Assembly (NCBI GenBank): GCA_036630325.1
Contig: CP142729.1
Span: forward strand, 744,001 to 808,000
Direction: 5' to 3'
From: Vairimorpha necatrix
Lineage: Eukaryota
DNA length: 64,000 nucleotides
Below, piece by piece: positions 62,801-64,000 of the stretch. The translations under genes and the position numbers were made by a program. The notes beneath the pieces are model-generated. The model was not told the origin of the DNA. It ran no database searches and saw nothing but the letters and a program-made list of their open reading frames with translations. Every line of letters starts with the position of its first letter. Within the stretch, counting starts at the first letter, position 1.

Positions 62801-64000
62801 TAAAAAATTTGAAATATCCTGGATAAATTTTCAATTTGTTACTTTCATATTTTTTTTATATAAGTATTATTGTTTTAATTTTTGATTATTGTTTTTTCTT
62901 AATATTTTAAAAGTACACTAGCGTATGCATTCTTTTTTTTTTATAATGCTATAAACTTGATTCGTTTATCAGTTTTTTTTATATGGACTTCTACCTATGT
63001 TGGGTGAATTTAAAAAGGAAAGATCATGGATTCTAAAAAAGTTGAAATAACATCTAAGCAAAACTTAAATAGAAAATTAAATCATACCAACCTAATAACA
63101 ATAATAAGGTATCTTCTAAATGTTTTAGGTTCAATTGTTTTATACTAATTATACACATTTTTATGAGTAATATGTTTTCGTTTTTTTTGTGGAAATGTTA
63201 AAAAAATTCTAAAAAATGTCTTTATGATATATTGGATTTAAGTTTTACAAAAACATAATTCGAATAAAGATGTAATTAATATAATACATGCTCTTCGAAA
63301 AATCAGTTTGAGAATCTCAACTAGATTAAATCTTAATGACACAATAAGTATGAAGTTATAAAATTGGTGTGTTTTAAAACACGAAAAAAATAAAAACCAT
63401 TTAACATTATTGGTGTAATATAGTAGAAGTAGATATATAAAAAATATAATGCCATCATTGACTTTATAGCCACAAAAATGGGTTTGTATAAAAATAGAAA
63501 GTTTAATCAGAGTTTGTTAATCTGACATAGATGTGACTTATAGTAATAATGATCTGAAGGTGAAATGAATCCAAATGTATTATATCCCAATTTGTAAGTA
63601 CAAAAAACTATACATTAATGCCGATGCTTTTAAGTCTCATGATATGATGTATACCCCGGTCCCTACGAAATATATCATAAAATATATCATAGAACTCATT
63701 CAAAACGAATTAAAACATAAAATTTAAATTTAATTGATATATTACCGTACATAACGAATTGTCAATTACAAAATACAATTTGATGATTTAATATAAATAT
63801 ATCATTTCTAAATCTTTCTAAACTCATTAAATTTTACGTCTAGTAATACGTAGACCTTTTACAACAAAAAAATGATTTTATAAGTATATAAGCCAAGAAA
63901 AAAAAATATGATTAAGATAAATTTTAGTAAAAATATGCTAAACGAAGTTTTTATGTAGATTAGTATTATTATATTTGTTCGAGCAAATATCAATTAGAAA

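Noticed and set aside
1-64000. CRISPR arrays, tRNA genes, telomeric repeats
   Set aside because: None recognised by eye; the repeats present are LTRs, TIRs, UTR duplications or microsatellites

Overview
AT-rich, transposon-saturated eukaryotic DNA from a microsporidian. The rDNA is Vairimorpha/Nosema-type: SSU about 1.25 kb, a very short ITS and 5.8S fused to LSU. From memory the SSU 5' end looks like V. necatrix; this was not searched. The window holds one rDNA unit (- strand, about 56.1-59.9 kb) and one clear host protein gene, Y-family DNA polymerase kappa. The rest is mobile DNA: an intact-looking Merlin transposase plus Merlin relics, three decayed Ty3/Gypsy elements with very short LTRs, two RT-less gag-PR-IN LTR elements, two mini LTR elements, many solo LTRs (most with 5-bp TSDs) and an R4/Dong-like RLE non-LTR element. 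The top observation is a non-LTR retroelement sitting co-oriented just past the LSU 3' end. It starts with a complete-looking HDV-like self-cleaving ribozyme fold (56055-55987, -), has no visible endonuclease and carries a structured repeat in both UTRs. Also notable: several dissimilar LTR families share a 5' terminal hairpin and encode a conserved peptide inside the LTR.
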